Source: an uncultured candidate division Zixibacteria bacterium (GTDB taxonomy: Bacteria; Zixibacteria; MSB-5A5; RBG-16-43-9). From it: DNA of 64,000 nt. This document shows, piece after piece, positions 30,260-39,919 of this stretch. The notes under the pieces are model-generated. The model searched no databases. It had not been told where the DNA came from and saw nothing but the letters and a program-made list of their open reading frames with translations. The stretch lies in contig OY970208.1 in assembly GCA_963713865.1 (NCBI GenBank), positions 256,001-320,000 of the forward strand, read 5' to 3'. A program made the position numbers and the translations under genes. Every line of letters starts with the position of its first letter. The stretch's first letter is position 1.

Positions 30260-31150
30260 TTATCCTCTTATTAAGATCGCATCCACCAATCTTGCAACCC
30301 TTTTACTTTCCTTAATATCATGTACCCTTAAGAGATTTGCCCCATTCATTATGCTCACTGCCAATGCAGCTAAACTCCCTTCTAACCTTTCTTCCACCGG
30401 CAAATCCAGTATCTTTCCGATAAACGATTTGCGAGAAACCCCTATCAAAAGGGATCTGCCTAAGTCTGTGAATTCCTTGAGATTTCTCAATATTTTTAAA
30501 TTATCCTCTAAGGTTTTACCAAAACCTATCCCCGGATCAAGTACTATCTTTTCCTCATCTATGCCAACATCTTTTGCCATCTTCATAGATTCCTTAAGAT
30601 ATTCCTTAATTTCCTCAACCACATTTTCATAAAAAGGATTTTCCTGCATATTTTTAGGCGTACCTTTGATATGCATTAAGGCTACTGGAATTCTGTAATA
30701 AGCTACTACATTTTTCATCTCCGGATCAAACCTTAGAGCACTAATATCATTTACCATTTGAGCTCCGGAATCTAAGGCCTCTTTAGCTAATTTAGATTTA
30801 TAGGTATCGATGGAAATCGGAACATCAGTTCTTTTAGCTAACTCTTCAATCACTGGCATGACCCGACGCAACTCCTCTTCTAAAGATACTGGCTCAGAGC
30901 CTGGTCTGGTAGATTCCCCCCCGATATCGATTATATCCGCACCTTCCTCTGCCAGATTTACACCCTGTTTTATTGCCTCGTCCAGCTTAAAGAATCTACC
31001 GCCATCTGAAAAAGAATCCGGGGTCACATTCAGAATGCCCATTAGATGGGTACGGGAGGAAAGGTTTAGCCTTCTATTATGAAAATCAAGAAAATATTCA
31101 GAGGTGCTTTTTCCTTTAAGCTGGTTCAATCCTTCTTCTTTTAAATTCAT
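30260..31150 (-). CDS. folP: Dihydropteroate synthase
   Basis: MGILNVTPDSFSDGG, GGESTRPG, DPGIGFGK, SRKSF, RVHD. Confidence 0.98.
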   Translation of the reverse strand: MNLKEEGLNQLKGKSTSEYFLDFHNRRLNLSSRTHLMGILNVTPDSFSDGGRFFKLDEAIKQGVNLAEEGADIIDIGGESTRPGSEPVSLEEELRRVMPVIEELAKRTDVPISIDTYKSKLAKEALDSGAQMVNDISALRFDPEMKNVVAYYRIPVALMHIKGTPKNMQENPFYENVVEEIKEYLKESMKMAKDVGIDEEKIVLDPGIGFGKTLEDNLKILRNLKEFTDLGRSLLIGVSRKSFIGKILDLPVEERLEGSLAALAVSIMNGANLLRVHDIKESKRVARLVDAILIRG

Positions 31151-31704
31151 CTCCCCTTAATCAGGGCAAATGCTTCTGCCCGAATAGAGTCCTTTCTCAG
31201 AACACCTCTCATAGCTAAGGTAACTGTAAGAGAGCCAGGCTTTTTTATCCCGCGCATCGAAAGGCAAAGATGTTCTGCCTCAACTATAACCAATACCCCT
31301 TTAGGTTTTAAACCCTGCATCAGGCAATCGGCAACCTGTGAGGTGAATCTTTCCTGCAATTGAGGTCTGGAAGCTAATACCTCCACTACCCGGGATAGTC
31401 TGGAAAAACCGGTGATCTTATTGTTTCTCGGTATATAAGCTATATGAGCTTTGCCAAAAAAAGGTAAAAGATGGTGTTCGCACAGAGAATAGAAGGGGAT
31501 CTTTTTGGCGATGATTATCTCATCCTGGTTTGGAACAGCATATAATTTTAGTTCCTCTTTTGGGTTTTCAAAGATACCACAGAAGATCTCTTCATAGAAC
31601 TCAGCTACCCTTCTGGGAGTTTCTCTCAACCCTTCTCTTTTAACATCCTCCCCTATCCCCTCTAAGATCATCCTTACCCCTTTTTCTATCCTCTTTTTAT
31701 CCAT
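31147..31704 (-). CDS. folE: GTP cyclohydrolase I (ATG 31704 preferred over ORF-track 31779)
   Basis: [35 protein letters not shown]. Confidence 0.96.
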   Translation of the reverse strand: MDKKRIEKGVRMILEGIGEDVKREGLRETPRRVAEFYEEIFCGIFENPKEELKLYAVPNQDEIIIAKKIPFYSLCEHHLLPFFGKAHIAYIPRNNKITGFSRLSRVVEVLASRPQLQERFTSQVADCLMQGLKPKGVLVIVEAEHLCLSMRGIKKPGSLTVTLAMRGVLRKDSIRAEAFALIKGR

Positions 31705-33673
31705 CCCCTTTGTTTTTCTGGTCATTCTTTTTATCCTCAAGCCTCTCTCCTTTAAATATCCTGTCAATCTCCTCACCATCTAAAATCTCTTTCTCTAAAA
31801 GCACCTTTGCTAATAAATGAAGTTTATCCATGTTCATACTTAGAAGCTGATATGCTTTTTCTTCAGCCTGGTCTACAATTCTCCTCACTTCCTCATCTAT
31901 ATCCTGAGCAGTCCTCTCGCTATAATCCCGGTGCTTGGCAATCTCTCGTCCCAAGAAGATCTCTTCTTCCTTTTTGCCGAAAGTCAAAGGACCTAATTTT
32001 TCACTCATTCCCCATTCACACACCATCTTTCTGGCAAGCTCTGTGGCTCTTTCAATATCATTCCCCGCACCGGTAGTAAGCTCATTAAAAACTAACTTCT
32101 CTGCTTCCCTGCCGCCTAAAAGATGAACCAGCTTCGTCTCCAGATACCCTCTCGAATGGGTATGTTTCTCATCTATAGGTAGATAGTGAGTTAAACCAAG
32201 GGATAATCCCCTGGGGATTATAGTCATCTTGTGAACTGGATCTGAACCGGGGATGAGTTTAGCCACCAGAGCATGCCCGGATTCGTGATAAGCAGTAAGT
32301 TTCTTCTCCTCTTCACTTATCACCATGCTTCTCCTTTCAGTTCCCATCATCACCTTATCCTTAGCTTCCTCAAAATCTTCCATAATTACTTTATCACGGT
32401 CTTTCCTGGCAGCCAAAAGGGCAGCTTCATTCACCAGGTTAGCTAAATCTGCACCTGAAAGCCCTGGGGTTCCCCTGGCTAAAATCGATAAATCTATCTC
32501 CTCATCCATCTTTATCTTACGAGTATGGACTTTTAAGATCCCCTCTCTACCTTTCACATCCGGAATATCAACCACAATCTGGCGATCAAATCTACCCGGT
32601 CTTAACAGAGCCGGATCCAGAACGTCCGGTCGATTTGTTGCAGCTAAGAGGATTACCCCTTCATTCGACTCAAAACCATCCATCTCCACTAAAAGCTGGT
32701 TCAGGGTCTGTTCTCTTTCATCATGTCCACCACCCAGACCGGCACCTCGATGACGTCCTACTGCATCTATCTCATCGATAAAAATTATGCACGGCGCATT
32801 CCTTTTCCCTTGATCGAACAGATCTCTCACTCTCGAAGCTCCCACGCCCACAAACATCTCCACAAAATCCGAACCGCTCATACTGAAAAAGGGAACTCCA
32901 GCCTCTCCAGCTACTGCTTTAGCTAAAAGAGTTTTTCCCGTACCGGGAGCACCTAAAAGTAATGCCCCTTTAGGGATTTTACCCCCTAATCTTTGAAATT
33001 TGGAAGGGTCTTTTAAAAACTCTATAATCTCCTGCAATTCTTGCTTGGCTTCATCTGCACCAGCTACATCGCTAAAGGTAACTTTGGGCCTGTCCCCGGT
33101 TAAAAGCCTGGCTCTGCTTTTACCAAAGGAGAAAAGTCCCTTGGTTCCCCCCTGCATCTGTCTGAAAAGTAGAAACCAGAGTAACCCTAAAAGCAATATA
33201 TAAGGCAATACCCCCAGAATAAGACTTGACCAGTTAAATTTGGGTGGCTCAGCTTTTATCTGCACACCTTTTTCTTCTAATTTCTGGAGAAGGCTGGGGT
33301 CTTCAAAAGGAAGGTATAGTTTGAAGTTACGATAGGATTTAGTAATCTTTCCCTCAGTCTTTTTAACTTCTTTGACGAATTCCCCTTCCACATCTTTTTC
33401 CAGCAAAAGAACGGTTTTGACATTGTTAGAATCGAGCTGTTCAATGAATTCGCTGTAGGTGATCTCGATCTCTTTCTTAAAACCCCGATTATAATACTGG
33501 AAAAGATATACTGAAATAAGGAAAAGAAATACCCAGATAATCATGGTTCTGCCAGCTTTCCGCCAGCGAAACTCATCCCCCGGCTTTTTCCCGTCCGGCT
33601 CTCCTCTTAATCTGTTTTTCTTCTTGGGATCAAACCTGCTGCCTCGATTTAAATTATCCTTTTTTTCATTCAT
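31697..33673 (-). CDS. ftsH: ATP-dependent zinc metalloprotease FtsH
   Basis: Two TMs, [27 protein letters not shown]. Confidence 0.98.
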   Translation of the reverse strand: MNEKKDNLNRGSRFDPKKKNRLRGEPDGKKPGDEFRWRKAGRTMIIWVFLFLISVYLFQYYNRGFKKEIEITYSEFIEQLDSNNVKTVLLLEKDVEGEFVKEVKKTEGKITKSYRNFKLYLPFEDPSLLQKLEEKGVQIKAEPPKFNWSSLILGVLPYILLLGLLWFLLFRQMQGGTKGLFSFGKSRARLLTGDRPKVTFSDVAGADEAKQELQEIIEFLKDPSKFQRLGGKIPKGALLLGAPGTGKTLLAKAVAGEAGVPFFSMSGSDFVEMFVGVGASRVRDLFDQGKRNAPCIIFIDEIDAVGRHRGAGLGGGHDEREQTLNQLLVEMDGFESNEGVILLAATNRPDVLDPALLRPGRFDRQIVVDIPDVKGREGILKVHTRKIKMDEEIDLSILARGTPGLSGADLANLVNEAALLAARKDRDKVIMEDFEEAKDKVMMGTERRSMVISEEEKKLTAYHESGHALVAKLIPGSDPVHKMTIIPRGLSLGLTHYLPIDEKHTHSRGYLETKLVHLLGGREAEKLVFNELTTGAGNDIERATELARKMVCEWGMSEKLGPLTFGKKEEEIFLGREIAKHRDYSERTAQDIDEEVRRIVDQAEEKAYQLLSMNMDKLHLLAKVLLEKEILDGEEIDRIFKGERLEDKKNDQKNKGDG

Positions 33674-33703
33674 AAGCTCTACCTTGTCATCTTTTTCTTA
33701 GTC

Positions 33704-34258
33704 TCAAAGTTCAAACCATCTCTGAGTTAATTTATCTCCCTCAACCTTAGCTATGTAAGGCAGATTGCGGTACCTTTCACCTAAATCCAGACCATAACCC
33801 ACAACAAACTCGTTCGGAACTTCAAATCCTACGTATTTGATGGGCACATGAACTCTTCTCCTCTCCTTTCTATCCAAAAGGGTAACTATCTCCAGACTCT
33901 TCGGATTACGCAGAAGTAGATTTTTCCTTATGAAGTTCAGGGTCAAGCCAGTATCCACGATATCCTCTATGATTATTACGTTTTTCCCTTCGATATTAGC
34001 ACTTAAATCCTTAATTAATCTTACCGCTCCACTCCCTTCGATCTCCTGGCCATAACTGGCAACTGCAATGAAGTCAACCTCATGCGGGATTTTAATCTGC
34101 CTGATCAGATCAGCTAAAAAGATAAAACTACCTTTAAGTATTCCGATCAAGATCAGCTCTTTTCCTGCATAATCCTTGGAAATTTTAGCACCTAATTCCT
34201 TTACCCTTTTTTTCAGTTCCCTTTTCGGGATAATAATTTTTACACCTTTCCCTTTCAT
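33704..34258 (-). CDS. hpt: Hypoxanthine phosphoribosyltransferase
   Basis: LKGSFIF, IIEDIVDTGLT, FVVGYGLD...YRNL. Confidence 0.96.
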   Translation of the reverse strand: MKGKGVKIIIPKRELKKRVKELGAKISKDYAGKELILIGILKGSFIFLADLIRQIKIPHEVDFIAVASYGQEIEGSGAVRLIKDLSANIEGKNVIIIEDIVDTGLTLNFIRKNLLLRNPKSLEIVTLLDRKERRRVHVPIKYVGFEVPNEFVVGYGLDLGERYRNLPYIAKVEGDKLTQRWFEL

Positions 34259-34288
34259 TTACTACCCTGTGGATCAGTTAATAGACAA

Positions 34289-35690
34289 CTAACTTTTTTG
34301 AGCTTTTATTTTCAATATCTTTTTGGTATCCTTAGTTATTTTAAATTCATCTGCAATTCTATAGCCCAGAACCCAGAACGATTTTACCCTTTGAAGTTAA
34401 AACCAAAGCTCTTTCTTTTTCATAACGAGGAACTTTAAGATCAGTTAGAAAATCTTTTAAACTTTTTGTTCCTTTCATCCCTAATGGTTTGAACTTATCA
34501 CCAGATTCGGGATTTCTTAAACTAAAGGGAAGCTTTAACTTGCCCCAATCCAAAAACGCTGTCATCTGGTTATCGTTAAAAGGTTTTTCCTTTAAATCCT
34601 TTTTCTTGATAATCTCTGAATCTAAGCTGATTCCAAACATTTTACTCTTTTTAATCCCCGGAAAAACGACTGGTAAACCTTTCTTCTTTTTTTCAACCTG
34701 GTATATATTCAAATAATTTAAGGAGATCTCTGCCAGAAGACTTCTATTCAAAAAAATCCTTCTACCGGTCTTTTTTTTCTGGGCTAAATCTAAAATCCGC
34801 TCTACTATCTCAAAATTTGTCTTGAAAACACCACCTCCCATCTGATCAATGGCTAATCTGACCAGTTCTCTTCTAAAATAAATATCATAATTAAATAGTT
34901 TGTTTAAATCAAGCGAAATCTTCTTATCTTCTCTTTCTATAATTTTATTGAATACCTTGAAAGTTTCTTCTTTTAAAAATTTCTCTTGAGCAGATAAAAT
35001 CGAGGCTGTTCGATTCAGAGCATCCACGATCTTAGGGTTATAACTCTTTCTAAGGAGTGGTATCAGTTCCAATCTTATCCTGTTTCTAAAATAATCCTTT
35101 CTTAAATTTGAGGAATCTATCTTGAACTGTAACTTATTTTCTGATAAAAATTTTTCGATCAGCCCTCTTTTTATCTCTAAAAGAGGTCTGATAATTTTAC
35201 CGGACACAAGAGGGATACCTGATAGACCCAAACCACCTGCTCCTCGAATCAATCTCATTAAAACCGTTTCTGCCTGGTCGTCTGCATTATGCCCTAAGGC
35301 TATTTTTGTAGCCTTTATCCGATTTGCTAATTTAATTAGATAATCATATCTTATCTTCCGGGCACACTCCTCAATTGATAATTTCTCTTTCTTTGCTATC
35401 CTTTTAATATCAAAAGACTTAGAATAAAATTTTAACCTTAAATTAAGAGCTAATCGTTTTACAAACCTCTCATCTTCATCTGACTCTTTCCCTCTGAGCT
35501 TGTGGTTTATATGTGCAATAAATAATTTCAAACCATATTCCCCCTTTATCTGATTCAGGAGATTAAGCAAAGCCACAGAATCCGGACCGCCAGAACAGGC
35601 AACAATTACCCTATCCCCTTTTTTTAACATATTCCAGCGGTTAATCGTTTCTTCGAATTTTCTCAACATCACCATATACCTTAACCTCAT
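34289..35690 (-). CDS. tilS: tRNA(Ile)-lysidine synthase; apparent +1 frameshift at 34373-34379 (called ORF stops at 34359, repaired frame at 34289)
   Basis: SGGPDS, HINHKLRG, GHNADDQAET, RNRIR; removing one base restores the C-terminal IVWVLGYRIADEFKI. Confidence 0.93.
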
Positions 35691-35700
35691 ATCCCCTTGA

Positions 35701-35728
35701 AAGATAAATATTTTAGAGGAATTGTCAA
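35701..35728 (-). promoter_or_regulatory. Sigma70-type promoter TTGACA-N16-TATCTT for the tilS operon
   Basis: Consensus match immediately upstream of tilS. Confidence 0.55.
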
Positions 35729-35946
35729 ACTAAAAGGTGGCATTTTCTCAATGGAATTGTAGTAGTTCTAACAACTCCATTTCCAGGGACTGGAGTCCAA
35801 GTCCTGCCCCGGTTAAGGTTTTTTACCTGACTGATTTTTCTTGACTTTTTATAAGAAATTAAATAGGGTATAAGAAAGCTTAATCGATTCAAGATAAAAG
35901 CTTATTTATCATTCCAAGTGAATTATAATGTAAAGGAGATACTTAT

Positions 35947-36984
35947 ATGCCTAATTCAGCTCTTGAAATTATGAGAAAAGGGTTCAGTCATATTAATGAA
36001 GGGCAGTTGCTTTTAATTCTTTTGATTCTTTTTAGTTTCTTTTATATACAGACAAGTATGACCGCAGCCCCCTCATTAGAGGAAGGGAAAAAGTTATTTA
36101 AAGAGGAAAAATTCCAGGAGGCAAAAGCCGTTCTGGAACAAGTGATTAAATCAGACCCTCGAAACCACGAAGCATATTTTATCCTGGGTAAGATCTATTA
36201 CTCTGAGAAAAACTACGATAAGTCTATTGAAAATCTCGAAAAAGCAGTGGAACTTAAAGATTCAGTATCAGAATATCATCTATGGTATGGCAGCTCTTAC
36301 CTTATGAAAGCTCAAAAATCAGGTAAAATCAAAGCCTTATTTAGAGCTAAAAAAGGGGTGGGCGAGCTTGAAAAAGCCGTTAAATTAGATTCAACTGATG
36401 CTGAGGCCAGATTTAGCCTTTTTCAGTATTATCTTGTAGCTCCAGGTATTGCCGGTGGAGATAAAAAGAAAGCAGAGAAAGAGGCAAAGATAATTCAGGG
36501 CTTAAATCCCTATTTAGGTGCTCACGCCTGTGCAGCTTATTGGGAAGCTGAAAAAAATCTGGAAAAAACAGAAACCTATCTAAATGAAGCGGTGAAATTG
36601 GATACCTCCTCTACTTTCAATTCAAGATATTCCCTGGGATATTTTTTCCTGAGATATAAAAAATATGACAAGACGGTAATAGTTTTTGAGGAGATTTTAT
36701 CAAAGAATCCTGAAGAGAAGAACGCGCTTTATCAAATTGGCAAAGCTTATCTCCTCGCTCAGCATAATCTGGATAAAGCGGAGGACTGTTTCAAAAAGTA
36801 TCTGGAAACTGAACCGACCAAAAATGCACCTTCTTGGGCAGCAACTCATTGGAGATTAGGAATGGTCTATAACCTTCAGGGGAAAAAAGAATTAGCCCTG
36901 CAGGAGACGAAAAAGGCTTTAGAACTGGAACCTGACAACCAAGAATTTAAGAAAACCCTCCAGGAATTACAGAAGAAAAAATAA
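35947..36984 (+). CDS. Tetratricopeptide repeat protein, probably exported
   Basis: Multiple TPR motifs (AYFILGKIYY, ALYQIGKAYL, HWRLGMVY) after a hydrophobic N-terminal segment. Confidence 0.88.
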   Translation: MPNSALEIMRKGFSHINEGQLLLILLILFSFFYIQTSMTAAPSLEEGKKLFKEEKFQEAKAVLEQVIKSDPRNHEAYFILGKIYYSEKNYDKSIENLEKAVELKDSVSEYHLWYGSSYLMKAQKSGKIKALFRAKKGVGELEKAVKLDSTDAEARFSLFQYYLVAPGIAGGDKKKAEKEAKIIQGLNPYLGAHACAAYWEAEKNLEKTETYLNEAVKLDTSSTFNSRYSLGYFFLRYKKYDKTVIVFEEILSKNPEEKNALYQIGKAYLLAQHNLDKAEDCFKKYLETEPTKNAPSWAATHWRLGMVYNLQGKKELALQETKKALELEPDNQEFKKTLQELQKKK

Positions 36985-37192
36985 GCTTCACGGTAAAGAA
37001 CATCATACCCAGCTCAATAATTGGTGGTGACATAGATTCGAACGACTTTACATATCATATTGAGGCTGGCTTATGTTTAAGTAAGAGATTTAGCAGGGCT
37101 GGGAGCCCTGCCTAGGGGAGTTTTATATTATATTTTTAGAGAGCAAAATAATTTCTTGATAAATTTCTGCTAACTTTTAGATAATAATAACG

Positions 37193-37210
37193 TATAGATA
37201 ATTGTCTATA
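37193..37210. promoter_or_regulatory. Putative ArsR-family operator TATAGA-N6-TCTATA
   Basis: Inverted repeat just upstream of the arsR-family RBS; related palindrome at 37528-37555. Confidence 0.6.
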
Positions 37211-37224
37211 TATTAGGTGAACTT

Positions 37225-37512
37225 ATGAACGATAAATGTCAGCTAATCTTTCAAGCCCTATCCGATAAGACCCGGCAGAAGATCCTGGAGATGTTAAAGG
37301 ATAAAGAGCTCTGCGTTATGGCCATTTGCAAGCCCTTTGATATGCGCCAGCCATCAATATCTCATCACCTGAATATCTTGAAAAGGGCAGGACTGGTAAA
37401 ATGCTGCAAAAAAGGAAAGGAGGTCCATTACAAGTTAAATCAGCATGCTTTGGAGAACTGCTGTTGCTCCATTTTAACTGAATTCGACCTGAGACCCAAA
37501 AAAGCAAAATAA
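37225..37512 (+). CDS. ArsR/SmtB family metalloregulator
   Basis: FQALSDKTRQKIL, ELCV, QPSISHHLNILKRAGLV; Cys-rich (CC, CCC). Confidence 0.93.
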   Translation: MNDKCQLIFQALSDKTRQKILEMLKDKELCVMAICKPFDMRQPSISHHLNILKRAGLVKCCKKGKEVHYKLNQHALENCCCSILTEFDLRPKKAK

Positions 37513-37527
37513 TTTTTTTAACTTATT

Positions 37528-37555
37528 ATATAGATATATTTAAATATATCTATAT
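37528..37555. promoter_or_regulatory. Perfect 28-bp palindrome ATATAGATATATTTAAATATATCTATAT, putative ArsR operator
   Basis: Lies directly before the AGGAGGTG RBS of the small ORF; shares the TATAGATA half-site with 37193-37210. Confidence 0.65.
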
Positions 37556-37575
37556 TTGAAAGGAGGTGATAAGAA

Positions 37576-37752
37576 ATGTTCTGTACCTTTGGTTGTGATC
37601 CCAAGAAGTTCTCCCAGCTCTTCGAAAAGGAGATAGAGGAGACCAAAGACGGGATCATCATAAAATTAAAAGCCAGGGATAAGGAGAAAGCGGAGGCTTT
37701 GAAAAATCTCATCTCCGCTTCTAAGACCCTCTTCGGCGAAGACTGCTGCTAA
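37576..37752 (+). CDS. 58-aa Cys-containing small protein (not in ORF track)
   Basis: Strong AGGAGGTG RBS; MFCTFGCDPKKFSQLFEKEIEETKDGIIIKLKARDKEKAEALKNLISASKTLFGEDCC. Confidence 0.8.
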   Translation: MFCTFGCDPKKFSQLFEKEIEETKDGIIIKLKARDKEKAEALKNLISASKTLFGEDCC

Positions 37753-37790
37753 AGAGGAGCTGAATCTCCTATCCCCGGCAATTTTTTAAG

Positions 37791-37845
37791 GTAGGGGCGA
37801 GATAACCTCGCCCCTACCCAAGCAAGCCTAAAAGGCTCGCACTAC
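37791..37845. repeat. REP-like palindromes GTAGGGGCGAG-ataac-CTCGCCCCTAC and GCAAGCC-taaa-AGGCTCGCACTAC between convergent genes
   Basis: Hairpins with GTAG/CTAC ends, same family as 12430-12457. Confidence 0.75.
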
Positions 37846-37849
37846 GATG

Positions 37850-38506
37850 CTATTCTTTCCCTATATACTGTCTACTGCCTACTTTCTTCCCCCACATCTC
37901 TTCCGTAATCCTCATCTCTTCAAATTGCACCAGGATTTCCTCTCCCTCTTTTTTAAAATATTTTCTTATACCCTTAAAACGCTCGTCTCCGAAAACATCT
38001 ATTTTACTTCTCGGATCGTGTTTATTGAATTTAGTTCCACAGAATTCAAATCCGCATTTGAGATAACATTTTATTGCCCTACGATTCAAAGTAGCCACGT
38101 CTAAATATAGTTCCTTAAATTTCATTTTTTCAAAATAATAAGGCAGAAGGGTTTTAATCGCCTCACTCCCATACCCCTTATCAATATATTCATATCCCAG
38201 ATAAATCCCTAAATATGCCTTTTTATCCTCCCAATTAAGGTTATACAGGCTGAGAAATCCAATAAGTTCCTTTTTGAGATTATCTATGGCTAAGAAAAGC
38301 CTCCCGGGTTCTTTTTTCCTCTTTTGATACCATTCCTTTTTTTGTGCTTGAGTCATCCCTTCTATATTGTAATGAAAATACAAAGGATCAGGGTATTTTT
38401 GCCACTTCAATCTTTTATCGATATCATCCCTTCTGAGCGGACGGATTATTATTCGTTCCCCTTTGAGCTTAAAGCGGACTATTGTGAAGGATAAATTTTG
38501 GTTCAT
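37850..38506 (-). CDS. GNAT family N-acetyltransferase (RimJ/RimL-like)
   Basis: IIIRPL, LIGFLSL, YIDKGYGSEAI, NRRAIKCYLKCGF. Confidence 0.88.
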   Translation of the reverse strand: MNQNLSFTIVRFKLKGERIIIRPLRRDDIDKRLKWQKYPDPLYFHYNIEGMTQAQKKEWYQKRKKEPGRLFLAIDNLKKELIGFLSLYNLNWEDKKAYLGIYLGYEYIDKGYGSEAIKTLLPYYFEKMKFKELYLDVATLNRRAIKCYLKCGFEFCGTKFNKHDPRSKIDVFGDERFKGIRKYFKKEGEEILVQFEEMRITEEMWGKKVGSRQYIGKE

Positions 38507-38560
38507 TTACTTAAAGATTGACCCAGGTTGAGGGCAACCTGGATTTACTGTTTGTTCTTA

Positions 38561-38595
38561 TTTTCCCCTGTCTACTGTATGCTGTCTACTATCTA
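38561..38595. repeat. 7-mer array ttttccc-ctgtcta-ctgtatg-ctgtcta-ctatcta
   Basis: Near-identical to 16258-16292; a second array lies at 37861-37881. Confidence 0.75.
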
Positions 38596-38599
38596 CTTA

Positions 38600-39136
38600 C
38601 TACAGCCATCTGGACATAATTAGAAAATCCATTTTATACCAGTGCTTACGCAGATAGGCTTCGGGAACAAAACCGGAGGCTAAATAGAAACTGACGGTTG
38701 AGACCAGATAAGGTGTGGTATAAGCAAAAAGCTTATGACAACCTTTTTCTTTCGAGTAGCTTACAATCTTATTAATCAGTTCTTTGCCAATCCCTTTTCC
38801 TTGTGCTTCTAAGGCTGTGCAAATCCAGGAAAGATCCGAAATACCGCCCTGTTCAAGTCTGCCAATAGCCAGGCCGTCTATTTTCTCATTTTCTACAGCT
38901 ACAAAACCATACTTTCTTTCATCTCCGATAAACCTTAAAAAAGTATCATAAGAATAGAGTTTAAGCTCCTCCTCCAGGAGTTTTCTGGGGTAAACCTCTT
39001 TTTCATACTTCTCCCAGGTTTTTCCCCTGACCGTTCTGGAAAGCTCAATCGAGCTTTCGATATCTTCTTTTGTCATCTTTCGGACAGTCACTAAACCTCC
39101 TATAAATTCTGGAGTATAAACCTTCAGGTTTATCAA
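38600..39136 (-). CDS. GNAT family N-acetyltransferase
   Basis: QGKGIGKELI acetyl-CoA motif, FYLASGF. Confidence 0.88.
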   Translation of the reverse strand: MINLKVYTPEFIGGLVTVRKMTKEDIESSIELSRTVRGKTWEKYEKEVYPRKLLEEELKLYSYDTFLRFIGDERKYGFVAVENEKIDGLAIGRLEQGGISDLSWICTALEAQGKGIGKELINKIVSYSKEKGCHKLFAYTTPYLVSTVSFYLASGFVPEAYLRKHWYKMDFLIMSRWL

Positions 39137-39170
39137 AAAAAGAGATAAAGCTAAAGCATTATACTCCGAA

Positions 39171-39749
39171 TCAAGCCAAACCTAACTTCTTCTCCAACTC
39201 CTCAATCAGATGCAAATACTCGTGATGTTTTCCTTCACCGATAACCTCTTTTTCCACCTTTTCAAATTTCTCTTCCAAAACCTTCTGCTCTTTTTCCGGG
39301 ATATTTCTGTCTGCCATTATATAGAGGATATTATCCTTTTTGAAGATATGCGGAGCTAAAAGTCCGGTGTAACCTCTGGTATTCTCAATTATATCTTTAA
39401 TAGATGATTTGTCCCCTTTTTCATGTTTCTCAGCTGCCTCTGCTAAACCTTTGACGAAATTTCTACCTAAGGTATGCTCATATAACATAACCCCCAGAGG
39501 ACCCCCCTCTCTGGGAATCCCGTATTTCTCCATCATCGGGAAAAGGGTCTCCTCTTCTTTGCCATGATGACATCTATCTGCAAAATTGCGGATGAAAGAA
39601 ACCGCTTTCTTGAAGACTACCACTGGAACATCTTTACCTTCCTCTAAATTTTGTGAGGCTTTTTCCAAAACTTTCAGCATCTTTAAAATAACCTTATGCT
39701 CTTCTTTTAATTCCTCTGTAGGTTTCACAATTGAACCTCTTCTTTTCAT
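39171..39749 (-). CDS. Hemerythrin/HHE cation-binding domain protein
   Basis: LKEEH, DRCHHGKEEETLFP, MLYEH, HIFKKDNILY. Confidence 0.88.
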   Translation of the reverse strand: MKRRGSIVKPTEELKEEHKVILKMLKVLEKASQNLEEGKDVPVVVFKKAVSFIRNFADRCHHGKEEETLFPMMEKYGIPREGGPLGVMLYEHTLGRNFVKGLAEAAEKHEKGDKSSIKDIIENTRGYTGLLAPHIFKKDNILYIMADRNIPEKEQKVLEEKFEKVEKEVIGEGKHHEYLHLIEELEKKLGLA

Positions 39750-39784
39750 AATATGGAGTATAAAACTTTAGTTTTATCTTATTC

Positions 39785-39892
39785 GTAAGCCTAAAGGGCT
39801 ACACTCCAGATTTAAGTAATTATCTTTTTTGTCAAGAAGCCCTCCGGACATGCTTGACTTACTTTGTTTGCATTAGCAAGCTAATGCACTCC
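39785..39892. repeat. Two GGAG-type REP-like hairpins (39785-39807 and 39870-39892)
   Basis: Reverse complements GGAGTGTAGCCC-ttt-AGGCTTAC and GGAGTGCATTAGC-tt-GCTAATGC; related copy at 51103-51125. Confidence 0.6.
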
Positions 39893-39919
39893 TATAACCT
39901 ACTACCTATGATCTATTAC

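Noticed and set aside
35751-35816. tRNA-like or structured RNA between tilS and the TPR gene
   Set aside because: Two imperfect hairpins and a CAAGTCCTGCCCCGG stretch resemble a T-arm, but there is no GTTC, cloverleaf or CCA; too weak to call without a covariance-model scan.
37518-37712. 64-aa minus-strand ORF
   Set aside because: Antisense to the 37576..37752 plus-strand ORF, which has the strong RBS, operator and operon context.
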